Source of the DNA: Squalus acanthias
Taxonomy: Eukaryota
Length of the DNA stretch: 64,000 nucleotides
Reading direction: 5' to 3'
NCBI GenBank assembly: GCA_030390025.1
Contig: CM059432.1
Coordinates: 6,758,001-6,822,000 of the forward strand
The notes under the pieces were generated by a model, which saw nothing but the letters and a program-made list of their open reading frames with translations, searched no databases and was not told where the DNA came from. The translations under genes were made by a program, and so were the position numbers. This document shows, one piece after another, positions 10,259-22,446 of the stretch; positions within the stretch are counted from its first letter, which is position 1, and every line of letters begins with the position of its first letter.

Positions 10259-12068
10259 AACATAAGAACATAAGAAATAGGAGCAGGAGTAGGCCAATCG
10301 GCCCTTCGAGCCTGCTCCGCCATTCAGTAAGATCATGGCTGATCTGATCCTCACCTCAAATCTAAAGAACACAAGAAGTAGGAGCAGGACCCGGCCACTC
10401 AGCCCCTGGGCCCGCTACGCCACCCACAGGGCCCCGACCGATCCGAACTCAGCCTCATGTCCAATTTCCTGCCCGCTCCCCGTAACCCCTAATTCCCTTT
10501 ACTTCTAGGAAACTGTCTATTTCTGTTTTAAATTTATTTAATGATGTAGCTTCCACAGCTTCCTGGGGCAGCAAATTCCACAGACCTACTACCCTCTGAG
10601 TGAAGAAGTTTCTCCTCATCTCAGTTTTGAAAGAGCAGCCCCTTATTCTAAGATTATGCCCCCTAGTTCTAGTTTCACCCATCCTTGGGAACATCCTTAC
10701 CGCATCCACCCGATCAAGCCCCTTCACAATCTTATATGTTTCAATAAGATCGCCTCTCACTCTTCTGAACTCCAATGAGTAGAGTCCCAATCTACTCAAC
10801 CTCTCCTCATATGTCCACCCCCTCATCCCGGGGATTAACCGAGTGAACCTTCTTTGTACTGCCTCGAGAGCAAGTATGTCTTTTCTTAAGTATGGACACC
10901 AAAACTGTATGCAGTATTCCAGATGCGGTCTCACCAATACCTTATATAACTGCAGCAATACCTCCCTGTTTTTATAATCTATTCCCCTAGCAACAAAAGC
11001 CAACATTCCGTTGGCCTTCTTGATCACCTGCTGCACCTGCATACTAACTTTTTGATTTTCTTGCACTAGGACCCCCAGATCCCTTTGTACTGCAGTACTT
11101 TCCAGTTTCTCGCCATTAAGATAATAACTTGCTCTCTGATTTTTCCTGCCAAAGTGCATAACCTCACATTTTCCAATATTGTATTGCATCTGCCAAATCT
11201 CCGCCCACTCACCCAGCCTGTCTATATCCCCTTGTAGGTTTTTTATGTCGTCCTCACTTTCTACTTTCCCTCCCATCTTTGTATCATCTGCAAACTTTGA
11301 TATGTTACACTCGGTCCCCTCCTCCAAATCGTTAATATAGATTGTAAAGAGTTGGGGACCCAGCACCGACCCCTGCGGAACACCACTGGCTACTGGTTGC
11401 CAGTCCGAGAATGAACCATTTATCTCAACTCTCTGCTTCCTGTTAGATAACCAATCCTCCACCCATGCCAGAATATTCCCCCCAATCCAGTGATTTTTTA
11501 TCTCGAGCAATAATCTTTTATGTGGCACCTTGTCGAATGCCTTCTGGAAGTCTAAATACACTACGTCCATTGGTTCCCCTTTATCCACCCTGTACGTTAT
11601 GTCCTCAAAGAACTCAAGCAAATTTGTCAGACATGACTTCCCCTTCATAAAGCCATGCTGACTTTGTCCTATTAAATTATGTTTATCTAAATGTTCCGTT
11701 ACTGTCTCCTTAATAATAGACTCCAAAATTTTACCCACCACAGATGTTAGACTAACTGGTCTATAATTTCCAGCCTTCTGCCTACTACCCTTTTTAAATA
11801 AGGGTGTTACATTAGCAGTTTTCCAATCTGCCGGGACCTTTGCTGAGTCCAGGGAATTTTGGAAAATTATTACCAAAGCATCCACAATCCCTACTGCCAC
11901 TTCCCTCAAGACCCTAGGATGTAAGCCATCAGGTCCAGGGGATTTATCCGCCTTGAGTCCCATTATTTTACTGAGTACCAATTCCTTAGTGATTTTAATC
12001 GTATTTAGCTCCTCCCCCCCTAGAGCCCCCTGGTTGTCCAGTGTTGGGATATTCTTAGTGTCCTTAGA
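10259..12068 (-). mobile_element. Young 5'-truncated CR1 with an uninterrupted RT ORF (10455-~12066) and a tandem double 3' tail
   Basis: [39 protein letters not shown]; no stops; nested antisense in the 9252-13933 CR1. Confidence 0.95.
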
Positions 12069-12549
12069 CATAAAAGATCTTGGCTTGGCAGATCGTGATG
12101 CAGAACTGGAATCAGTTTGGGTGGAGCTAAGAAACAGCAAAAGGCAGAAAACATTGGTGGGAGTTGTGTATAGGCCACCGAACAGTATTGGTAATGTAAG
12201 GCACAGTATCAATCAAGAGATGAGAAGTGCATGTAACAAGGGCAATACGGTAATCATGGGGGACTTTAATCTACATATTGACTGGGCAAATCAAATTACC
12301 ACAAATGGTGTGGAGGACGAATTCTTGGAATGCATGCGAGATGGTTTCCTGGATCAGTATGTGGAGGAACCAACCAGGGAACGGGCTATTCTGGATCTGG
12401 TACTGTGTAATGAGAAAGGGCTAATCAATAATCTTGTGGTAAAGGGGCCTTTAGGGACAAGTGACCATAATATGATTGAATTTTACATTAAGTTTGAGAG
12501 TGATGTAGTCCAATCTGAAACTAAGGTCTTCAATCTAAACAGAGGAAAC

Positions 12550-12752
12550 TTTTTTTTATTCGTTTATGGGATCAGGGCGTCGCTGGCAATGCCAGCATTT
12601 ATTGCCCATCCCTAGTTGCCCTTGAGAAGGTGGTGGTGAGCCGCCGCCTTGAACCGCTGCAGTCCGTGTGGTGATGGTACTCCCACAGTGCTGTTAGGTA
12701 GGGAGTTCCAGGATTTTGACCCAGCGACAATGAAGGATCAGCGATATACTTC
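12550..12752 (-). mobile_element. Family B LINE 3' tail
   Basis: Poly-T plus match to 22447-22655. Confidence 0.85.
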
Positions 12753-14219
12753 GAAGGCCTTCGATAAGGTCCCACACAAAAGGTTGGTGAACAAAATTAG
12801 GGCACATGGAATTGCGGGTAATATACTAGCATGGATTGAGAATTGGTTAACGGACAGAAAACAAAGAGTAGGGATAAACAGGTCTTTTTCGGGATGGCAG
12901 GCTGTGACTAGTGGGGTACCGCAAGGATCGGTGCTTGGGCCCCAGCTATTCACAGTCTATATCAATGATTTGGATGAGGGGACTAAATGTAACATTTCCA
13001 AATTTGCTGCTGATACAAAGCTAGGTGGCAGTGTCAGTTGCAAAGAGGATGTGAAGAGGTTTCAAGGGGATCTCGACAGGCTCAGTGAGTGGGCGAGAAC
13101 ATGGCAGATGGAATATAATGTGGATAAATGTGAAGTTATCCACTTTGGTAGAAAAAACAGAAAGGCAGCGTATTTCCTAAATGGTGAAAGATTGGGGAAT
13201 GCAGATGCTCAAAGGGACCTGGGTGTCCTTGTACATGAGTCACTGAAAGTGAATATGCAGGTGCAGCAAGCCATTAGGAAGGCAAATGGTATGCTGGCAT
13301 TCATTACAAGAGGATTTGAGTACAGGAGTAAATAAGTCTTACTCCAATTATATAGGGCCTTGGTGAGACCACACCTGGAATACTGTGTACAATTTTGGTC
13401 TCCTTACCGAAGGAAGGATATACTTGCCATAGAGGGAGTGCAACGAAGGTTCACGAGATTGATTCCTGGGATGGCGGGACTGTCGTATGAGAAGAGATTG
13501 AGTAAACTAGGCCTGTATTCTCTTGAATTCAGGAGAATGAGAGGGGATCTCATTGAAGCATATAAAATTATTACAGGACTTGATGGGATGGATGCTGCGA
13601 GAATGTTTCCCTTAGCTGGGGAGTCTAGAACCAGGGGCCACAGCCTCAGGATAAAGGGTAGGCTATTCATGACTGAGATGAGAAGAAATTTCTTCACACA
13701 GAAGGTGGTGAATCTTTGGAATTCTCTACCCCAGAGGGCTGTGGAAGTTCAATCATTGGGTATATTCAAAACAGAAGTCGATAGATTTCTGACTTGTAAG
13801 GGCATCAAGCGATATGGCGATAGGGCCGGTGAAGGGAGTTGAGGCTGAAGATCAGCCATGATCTCATTGAATGACGGAGTAGGCTCGAAGGGCCGAATGG
13901 CCTACTCCTGCTCCTATTTCTTATGTTCTTATGTAACTGGAGGAGGAGGCTCCATGAATATCTGCATCCTCAATGATGGTGGAGCCCAGCACGTGAGTGA
14001 AAAAGACAAGGCTGAAGCGTTTGCAACCATCTTCAGCCAGAAGTGCCAAGTGAATGATCCATATCGGGCTCCTCCTGAGGTCCCCACCATCACAGAAGCC
14101 ATTCTTCAGCCAGTTTGATTCACTCCATCTGATGTCAAGAAATGGCTGAGCGCACTGGATACAGCAAAGGCTAACTCCAACAAGGTTAACTCCCATTTCT
14201 GTGCACTCTCATTGTCGCT

Positions 14220-14660
14220 CATGATCTCCATATAGAAAACATCCATGGACTTAGCCTTATCCGTCAGGCTAGTGACCTCCTCAAAAAAAAAAAAATCAAC
14301 TCGATTATTCAGACATAAACTGCCCTTCACGAATTCATGCTGACTCTCCTTGATCAGGGACATACTTATTCAAGTGCTCAGTCACTTTGTCCCTGATGAT
14401 AGATTCGAGTAACTTCCTGACAAATTATGTTAAACAGACAGATTTGTAGTTACCTGGTTTCACTCACTTCCCCACCCACCCTCCCACCCACTTTCTTCAA
14501 TAGTGGTGTGATAATTATAGTTTTCCAATCCAGAGGCACAATTCCTGAATCTAGAGAGCTTTGGAAAATACTGACTAGTGTATCAGGTCCTGGGGATTTG
14601 TCCATCTTAAGTTCCATTATTTTCTCCATTATCATTTTTTACTTCTATTAAACCTAATCG
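14220..14660 (-). mobile_element. Degenerate CR1 RT fragments
   Basis: MDKSPGPD, IFQSSLDSG, KESQHEFVKG. Confidence 0.75.
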
Positions 14661-14949
14661 GGTCCTCCACATGACTTATTTTTAGGTTATTTTAGGAAAC
14701 TGTATAAAGTATTCTGCTTTTGCTGATCTCTGAACAGCTTTTAAAAGTGAGCATCTGAGAGACTTCTTTGTGTATATGTAAACTGAAGATGATGATTTAG
14801 ATTCCCAATCCTCAATCACACACAGCCATGCTGGCCATAAGATTTACCCTACTATATTTATGTGAACTGAATGTTTAGGGGGTCAATATTTTCCCTGAGT
14901 TGTTTTGTATTTGAGTAAAGATACTAAATGTCTCATTAAATTCAGGCAA

Positions 14950-15105
14950 TAGATCCCAATAGATTTCAAGATTGAGATCGATAGATTTTTGGACACTGAG
15001 GGAATCATGGGCGGGAAAGTGGAGTTGAGGTCAAAGATCAGCCAATGGCGGAGCAGGCTCGAGGGGCCGCATGGCCTACTCCTGCTCCTATTTCTTATGT
15101 TCTTA
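14950..15105 (+). mobile_element. CR1 3' tail
   Basis: GGCGGAGCAGGCTCGAGGGGCC...CCTACTCCTGCTCCTATTTCTTATG. Confidence 0.8.
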
Positions 15106-15664
15106 TAGATTCGTTATGTTTAGCTTGCTTTTGTTCAGAAAGAATAAAACTTTCTGAAAAAAATAAAAACTTTGTCACATCCAGGAGTATGAATTGTACT
15201 TGTTCCTTTGTGATACATGTATGTTTGGAAATAGTTTGTTTTCAGATATGATGTAATGACGTTTTTACGGGCTGAATTCACTCTTGACTCCGCCCCCCCC
15301 CTGCACTGGTTGCCCCTGTCTTTGTTTCGTCCTTGTGCCGTTTTTCTCTCTCAAGTGGTGACTGACATATACTTTAATTTGGGGAGTGTATTTTCCGGTT
15401 TCCCTACTTGACCTGGGATTGTGCGGAAGAAAGGGAAGTAGTTTGTGGGTCTAATTTTTAACTGATTTCTAACGCTAACTCGGAAGGTGTGAATCAGAGG
15501 TCAGGATTTGAATGACATTCATTTTTCCAGTTAAAGATAAATGATACACCTCATACTGCAGCTCTGGTGAGGTATAAAATATCCAAAGGTTCAATAAATT
15601 CCAACTGTGCTTTCAAAATGAAGTGCAGACTGTTGATGTTGTGAGGTTACGCTGACACCTATTT

Positions 15665-16080
15665 AATAAGAAAAACCTTGCATTTATATAGCGCCTTTCA
15701 TAACATCGGGACGTCCCAAAGTGCTTTAAAGCCAATGAAGTACTTTTGAAGTAATGCACGAAACGTGGCAGCCAATTTGCGCACAGCAGCGTGATAATCT
15801 GTTCTTCGTGATGTTGGCTGAGGGAATAATATTGGCCAGGACACCAGGAAAACTGCTGTTCTTCAAATAGTGCCATGGGATCTTTTACGTCCACCTTAAA
15901 CCGAGGCCCCGTCTGCCCTCTAACGTCTCATCCAATGGACGGCACCTCCGACAGTGTACCGCTCCCTCAGTACTGCGCTGAAACGCCAATTTGGATTATG
16001 TGCTCAAGCCTCTGGAGTGGGACATGAACCCACAACCTTCTGACTCAAGAGTCAAGAGTGCTGCCCCCCCCCCGAGCTAA
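15665..16080 (-). mobile_element. DeuSINE (SacSINE1-like)
   Basis: Reverse complement of the 39211-39672 copy. Confidence 0.8.
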
Positions 16081-17120
16081 AGCTCACGCCCGACAAATAC
16101 ATACAAGATTTAGGAGAGACTAACACAATATAATATGTACATGAAACAGGTTAGTATACTTTGTGTAAACTTAAAATTGAAATAAAAAATACTGTAAACT
16201 ATATTACTGTGCAAAATAATTCCGTGAGATATTGGTGAAATAGCCAACAAGGTGAAAAAAATGCAGTTCCCTGAACAGTCAGAATGTATAGTCTGTTCCT
16301 AATATCAGTTAATTATAAGTAGGCATTGATTTGTCATTATGGAAGCAGTTGTATACTTTGTAGTGATCTGAGTGCAACCTAGTATAAACAGAATGATTGC
16401 TTTTCTAGAAAAAAATAAACTCCCATAGTTAACAATTACTGTATTGTGGACCAGATGTAAAACACTGAAGTATTTCCTGTTGTAATTGGATTTGGCATTA
16501 GAGTTTAAAAAATTGCTGTAATTATGACACTGTCAGCTGGAGTAATCTGCGTCGTAAGGAGACTGCAGTTTGATTTCCAAGTCGGCTTTCGCGCCTGTAG
16601 TACTTTCTCGAAAACTTTTGTGTGTATTCACTGTTAAACAATGTGTTTAGTTTCTGAGAGAAACACATATATGGTACAAACTAATGTGTAGTGAATAGAA
16701 TCTGTGATTTTTTTTTTTTTAATTCTCCTGGATGGTGAGAATGGTTTCATTGGATACTCTGAAGTCATTAGTGCTTGCTTGGAATCTTTTGCATGCTCAT
16801 TTTCTTTACTCCTACTATTCTGGACTATGCTGTCATTTCAGGCTTTAATTTCCAAGTGAAGTAACGTTGTGGCACAGAATTTAGCTCTGATGAATAAAAT
16901 CTGTGATTTGATGATGGGAACAAGTTCATTAAGTACTTCTTCAAGTCCATTAGAAAGCGTGGAATCAGAAAATACCCATTGGCCCAAGAAGCCTGCTGCT
17001 TCCACAGACCATACATGGTCTGAATTGTCTCTTACTTAATTAATTCCTGAAGTTGCAGAAAACGTTGCTGTCGTACACAAGGGTGATCAAGCAAAACTAC
17101 AGAATAGCTATCAGAGTCAT

Positions 17121-17777
17121 GGGGGCGGCGGGGGGGGGGGAAATTTGGTTGATTTGCGGCTCCAACGGAGCGCAAAGCAACTAGCGCCCAGGTGCGGCGC
17201 TGCTAACGCCCCCCGCCAAATTCAGCGGGAGGTTAGCAGCAGCGGTAACCGTTAGCGCCCCGCAGCGCTGCGCCTCGGCGATTGAGTCATCGCCGTGCGC
17301 AGCGCCCCGGCCACGATCTTCAGTAGCGCCCCCTGACCTACTGCCGGACGCGATGTCCGATGAGGTCAGGGGGGGGGCCTACCTGCGGCCGGGGCAGCGC
17401 AAATTAAAGGGGAGGTGCCGGGCGGCCATTTTTGTTGCCGGCTGCGCTCCGTGAACCCGACATTCCTCTTGAGTGCCGGGCTCTTTTGCTGGCCCCCCCG
17501 ATCCCTGGTGGCCCAGCTGGGCCCCGGGTCGCGCTGCGCTAGGCACCTCCCCTTTAATAAGGGAAGGGTGGCGTGCTGGCGCGTGTGGCTCTGCGGCACG
17601 TAGCGCTGCAATATTCACTCGCAGCGCCCCAAGAGGGAGGCGGGGTGCTTCCAGTAGCGCCCCGCCTCCCTCTTGGGGCGCTACCAGTGAATTTTGGGCG
17701 CGGGTGCGCTAATGTTTTCAGGGTGCTAAAAGTGGCATAGTTAGCACCACAAAGGGGGCGTGACCCAATTTTGCCCC
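17121..17777. mobile_element. GC-rich Harbinger-like MITE inserted in a CR1 tail repeat
   Basis: TIRs GGGGGC[G-run]AAATTTGG / CCAATTTTGCCCC; 3-bp TSD CAT; repeated TAGCGCCC motifs. Confidence 0.75.
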
Positions 17778-18714
17778 CATAGAGTCATAACGGCACAGAA
17801 GGAGGCCATTCGGCCCATCGAGTCAGTGCCGGCTCTCTAGAGCAATCCAGTCAGTCCCATTCCCCTGCTCTATCCCCGTAGCCCTGCAAGTTTATTTCTC
17901 TCAAGTGCCTATCCAATCTCCCCTTGAAAACATTGAATGTGTCCGTTTCCACCACTTCCGTCGGCAGCAAGTTCCAGGTCCTCAGCACTCGCTGCATAAA
18001 AAAGTTTTTCCGCACATACCCCCTGTATCTCTTGCCCAAAACCTTAAATCTGTGTCCCCTAGTCCTTGTACCATCAACTAGTGGGAACAGCCTTTCCCCG
18101 TCTAGCCTATCCAAACCCGTCATAATCTTGTACACTTCTATCAACTCACCCCTCAACCTCCTTTGCTCTAATGAAAACAAATCCAGCTTCTCCAACCTGT
18201 CCTTGTAGCTAAGATCCCCCATCACCGGAACCATTCTGGTAAATCTCCTCTGCACCCTCTCAAGGGCCTTCTCATCCTTCCTAAAGTGTGGTGACCAGAA
18301 CTGGATGCAATACTCCAGTTGTGGCCTAACCAGCGCTTTATAAAGTACTTTTTTACTCAGTACCTCTATTTATGAAACCCAAGATCCCATATGCTTTGCG
18401 AACCACTCTCTCAATATGTCCTGCCACCTTCAGGGGCCTATGCACATGAACTCCCAGGTCCCTCTGTCCCTGTAAACTCTTTAAAACTGTGCCATTAAGT
18501 GTATATTGCCTCTCCCTGTTCCTTCTGCCAAAATGCATCACCTCACAATTCTCTATTAAATTCCATCTGCCACTTGTCTGCCCATTCTGCTAGCCTTTCT
18601 ATGTCCTGTTGCAGTCGATTGGTATCATCCTCACTGTTTGCCGATGACCCCAAGTTTGGTGTCATCGGCAAATTTAGAAATTCTACTTTGTATTCATTTA
18701 TTTATATATAAATA

Positions 18715-21360
18715 TAGAATCTATATGGGTGGAGCTAAGAAATAGCGAGGGGCGAAAAACATTAATAGGAGTGGTATATAGGCCTCCAAATAGTAAAATA
18801 GAGGTTGGGGAGGGCATCACGAGGGAAATTAGAGAAGCGTGCAATAAGAGCACAGCTGTCATCATAGGTGACTTTAACTTACATATAGATTGGACTAGCC
18901 TAATCAGTAAAAATAATGAGGAGGAGGAATTCCCTGAGTGTTTAAGGGATGGTTATCTGGATCAATATGTCGAGGAACCAACTCGGGAACAGGCTATATT
19001 GGACTGGGTACTGTGCAATGAGAAGGGACTAATTAGTAATCTTGTTGTACGGGGACCCTTGGGTCAGAGCGATCATAACATGATCGATTTCTCACTCGAA
19101 ATGGAGAGCGAAGAAATTGACTCAGAGACTAAGGTCCTGAATTTAAACAAGGGGAATTATGATGCCATTAGACGGGAACTGAGTAGGTCTGATTGGACAA
19201 CGTTCCTGGGAGGACTGGAGGTAGATAAACAATGGCAAGCATTTAAAGATAGAATGACAAAATTGCAAAAATTGTTTATACCAATCTGGCATAAAAGGAA
19301 ATCTAAAAAGGTGACTCAACCGTGGATAACAGGGGAAATTAGAGACAGCATAAAATCCAAAGATAGGGCGTATAAAATAGCCAAAAAAAGCGCCAGAGCG
19401 GAAGATTGGGAACAGTTTAGGATAGAGCAAAGGAGGACAAAGGGCTTAATCAAGAGGGGCAAAATAGCTTACGAAAGCAAGCTGGCGGAAAATATAAAAA
19501 CTAACTCCAAAAGCTTTTATAAGTATATCAAGAGGAAAAGACTGGTGAAAACCAAGGTTGGTCCATTGCAGTCAGATACGGGGGAATATATAACGGGAAA
19601 TAAGGAAATGGCAGACCAACTAAATGCATACTTTGGGTCAGTCTTTACGAAGGAAGACACAAAAAACCTCCCTGGGATATCGGGAAAAATAGGGACATTG
19701 GCAAAGGAGGAACTGACGCAAATCAATATCTCTAAGGATATGGTGTTAAGGAAGCTAAAGGGATTGAAGGCGGACAAATCCCCAGGGCCTGATAACATGC
19801 ATCCTAGGGTACTGAAGGAGGTGGCCCTAGAGATAGCGGATGCACTAAGTATGATTTTTCAGAATTCATTAGACTCGGGAACAGTGCCCATGGATTGGAG
19901 GGTAGCTAACGTTACCCCACTATTCAAAAAGGGGGGTAGGGAAAAAGCAGGTAATTACAGACCTGTAAGCCTTACATCAGTTGTGGGCAAAATGCTGGAG
20001 TCCATCATTAAGGATGAAATAGCGGAGCACTTAGCAAATGGGGACAGGATAGGACAGAGTCAACATGGATTTACAAAGGGTAAATCGTGCTTGACTAATC
20101 TATTGGAATTTTTTGAGGGAGTAACTGGTAAAATAGATGGGGGAGAGCCAGTAGATGTGGTGTACCTGGACTTCCAAAAGGCCTTCGACAAGGTCCCACA
20201 TAAAAGATTAGCATGGAAAATTGAAGCTCATGGGATAAAGGGGAAAGTATTGACGTGGATAGAGAACTGGCTGTCAGATAGAAAACAGAGAGTTGGAATA
20301 AACGGCTCATTTTCTGAATGGCAGGCAGTAACAAGTGGGGTACCGCAGGGATCTGTCCTGGGTCCCCAGCTGTTCACAATTTACATTAATGACCTGGATC
20401 AGGGAGTCGGATGCAGCATTTCCAAATTTGCAGACGACACTAAACTAGGAGGGGGGGTGGGCTCAGAGGAGGAGACCAGGAAGCTCCAGAGCGATTTGGA
20501 CAGACTGGGTGATTGGGCGGATAAATGGCAGATGCACTATAATGTGGACAAGTGCGAAGTTATCCACCTTGGGTGCAGGAACGGGAGGGCAAATTATTAT
20601 TTAAATGGCAATAAATTGGGAGAGGGGAAAGTACAGAGAGACCTGGGTGTTCTTGTACACCAGTCACTGAAGGCGAGCATGCAGGTGCAACAGGCGGTCA
20701 AGAAGGCAAACGGTATGCTGGCCTTCATAGCAAAAGAGTTGGAATACAGGAACAGGGATACCTTGCTGCAGCTGTACAGGGCACTGGTGAGACCACACCT
20801 CGAGTACTGTGTACAGTTTTGGTCGCCTCATCTGAGGAAAGATGTTCTTGCCATGGAGGGGGTGCAGCGGCGATTCACCAGGCTGATACCAGGAATGGCG
20901 GGATTGACCTATGAGGAGAGACTATGTAGTTTAGGGATGTACACACTGGAGTTTAGAAGATTGAGAGGGGACCTCATAGAAGTGTATAAAATTCTGACAG
21001 GTCTAGACAGACTAGATGCAGAAGGAATGTTTCCCTTGGCGGGTGAGAACAGAACTAGAGGACATAATTTAAGGATAAGGGCTAAACCATTTAGGACAGA
21101 AATGAGGGGGAATTTCTTCACTCAGAGGGTGGTGAACCTGTGGAACTCATTGCCACAGAGGGCAGTGTACGCCAGCTCATTAAATATATTTAAGAGGGAA
21201 TTAGATATATTTCTACAGGCAAAAGGGGTTAAGGGTTACGGAGAGAAGGCGGGGACGGGATACTGAATTGGAGGATCAGCCATGATCTCATTAAATGGCG
21301 GAGCAGGCTCGAAGGGCCGGATGGCCTACTCCTGCTCCTATCTTCTATGTATCTATGTAT
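18715..21360 (+). mobile_element. Young 5'-truncated CR1
   Basis: Long open ORF2 plus 3' tail ending TCTATGTATCTATGTAT. Confidence 0.95.
18729..21266 (+). CDS. CR1 ORF2 (C-terminal half of APE endonuclease + RT), 845 codons open, N-terminally truncated
   Basis: GVVYRPP, IGDFN, SDHN, PWIT, KSPGPD, YRPVSL, DFQKAFDKVPH, FADD. Confidence 0.93.
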   Translation: MELRNSEGRKTLIGVVYRPPNSKIEVGEGITREIREACNKSTAVIIGDFNLHIDWTSLISKNNEEEEFPECLRDGYLDQYVEEPTREQAILDWVLCNEKGLISNLVVRGPLGQSDHNMIDFSLEMESEEIDSETKVLNLNKGNYDAIRRELSRSDWTTFLGGLEVDKQWQAFKDRMTKLQKLFIPIWHKRKSKKVTQPWITGEIRDSIKSKDRAYKIAKKSARAEDWEQFRIEQRRTKGLIKRGKIAYESKLAENIKTNSKSFYKYIKRKRLVKTKVGPLQSDTGEYITGNKEMADQLNAYFGSVFTKEDTKNLPGISGKIGTLAKEELTQINISKDMVLRKLKGLKADKSPGPDNMHPRVLKEVALEIADALSMIFQNSLDSGTVPMDWRVANVTPLFKKGGREKAGNYRPVSLTSVVGKMLESIIKDEIAEHLANGDRIGQSQHGFTKGKSCLTNLLEFFEGVTGKIDGGEPVDVVYLDFQKAFDKVPHKRLAWKIEAHGIKGKVLTWIENWLSDRKQRVGINGSFSEWQAVTSGVPQGSVLGPQLFTIYINDLDQGVGCSISKFADDTKLGGGVGSEEETRKLQSDLDRLGDWADKWQMHYNVDKCEVIHLGCRNGRANYYLNGNKLGEGKVQRDLGVLVHQSLKASMQVQQAVKKANGMLAFIAKELEYRNRDTLLQLYRALVRPHLEYCVQFWSPHLRKDVLAMEGVQRRFTRLIPGMAGLTYEERLCSLGMYTLEFRRLRGDLIEVYKILTGLDRLDAEGMFPLAGENRTRGHNLRIRAKPFRTEMRGNFFTQRVVNLWNSLPQRAVYASSLNIFKRELDIFLQAKGVKGYGEKAGTGY

Positions 21361-22446
21361 ATGTGGTATTTTGTCAAACGCCTTCCTAAAATCCATGTAG
21401 ACAACATCCATTGCATTCCCTTCATCGATCTTCCCTGTTACTTCATCAAAAAATTCAATTAGATTTGTCAAACATGATCTGCCTTTTATAAATCCATGTT
21501 GGCTCTCCTTAATTAGCTTAAACCTCTCCAAGTGCCCGTTAATTTTTTCCTTGATTATTGATTTCTAAAACTTTACCCACCACTGATGTTAAGCTGACCG
21601 GCCTGTAGTTACTAGGATTGTCCTTACACCCTTTCTTGAACAATGGTGTCATATTTGCCACTTTCCAAACCTCAGGCACCTCCCCTGCATCTAGGGAAGA
21701 TTGGAAAATTATGGCAAGCCCTTCCGCTATCTCCTCCCCCAATTCCCTTAGCAATCTGGGATGCAAGCCATCTGGACCAGGCGACTTATCCATACTAAGC
21801 ATACCCTGCCTTTCTCGTCCATCCTGTCTATCAATTTTCACCCCTTCCATTGCTTCTACCTTTTCCACTGCTACCGATATTTTGTCAGCATCCACCTCCT
21901 TAGTAAACACCGATACAAAGTACTCATTGAGTATTCTAGCCTTGCCATGCGCCTCTAAGCATATAACACCTTCTTTGTCGCTAATAGGCCCCACCCCGCC
22001 TCTTACTACCCGCTTTCTGTCGAAGATTTTTGGGTTCCCTATTATGTTAAGCGCCATTCTACTCTCATATTCTCTCTTTGCCAATCTTATTTTCATCTTC
22101 ACTTCCCCGCTCAACTTATTGTATTTGGTCTGGTTCTCCCTTGAAGAATTCACCTGACATGCGTCATACACCCTGTTTTTTTTATTTCATCATCTTCTCA
22201 ATCTCCCTCGTCATCCAAGGAGCCCTTGCTTTGGTTCCCTTACCCTTCCCTCTTATTCTTGCATCTTCATTAATTAGTCAAAGCCAGTTACTTTCCACAG
22301 CCCTTGTGTTCTGTACAGCATTCGATTATTTCCATCTCTACTTGTCCCTATAACCTTCAGTCGCAGTTCTAAGCAAGTGTTCACTCATCTCTTTTTTTGT
22401 TTTGAAGGAGTAAAGTGACTCTATACCAACTGCATTGGTGTAATGC

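Larger units (their letters stand above)
9252..13933 (+). mobile_element. CR1 LINE (ORF1 esterase, endonuclease, RT C-terminal part, 3' tail) carrying two nested insertions and a ~1 kb deletion
   Basis: ORFs 9275-9871, 9898-10260, 12070-12548, 12752-13842; tail CCTACTCCTGCTCCTATTTCTTATGTTCTTATG; TSD TAACT. Confidence 0.92.
8723..14174 (+). mobile_element. CR1/L2-group LINE 'family B' fragment (8723-9251 + 13934-14174), split by a CR1
   Basis: EPTRGKNLLDL..SDH endonuclease motif and PWFN; sequence continues across the CR1 insertion with TSD TAACT (9247-9251, 13934-13938). Confidence 0.8.
17781..22260 (-). mobile_element. Older CR1 (17781-18700 + 21361-22260) interrupted by a younger CR1
   Basis: ORFs 17851-18255, 18353-18541, 21361-21531 and 21539-22171 are collinear on the minus strand. 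Confidence 0.85.

Noticed and set aside
16889..17038. 49-codon ORF MNKICDLMMG...
   Set aside because: No recognisable homology; length expected by chance.
17121..17777. CpG-island promoter
   Set aside because: Bounded by TIRs and a TSD; the GC content belongs to a MITE.
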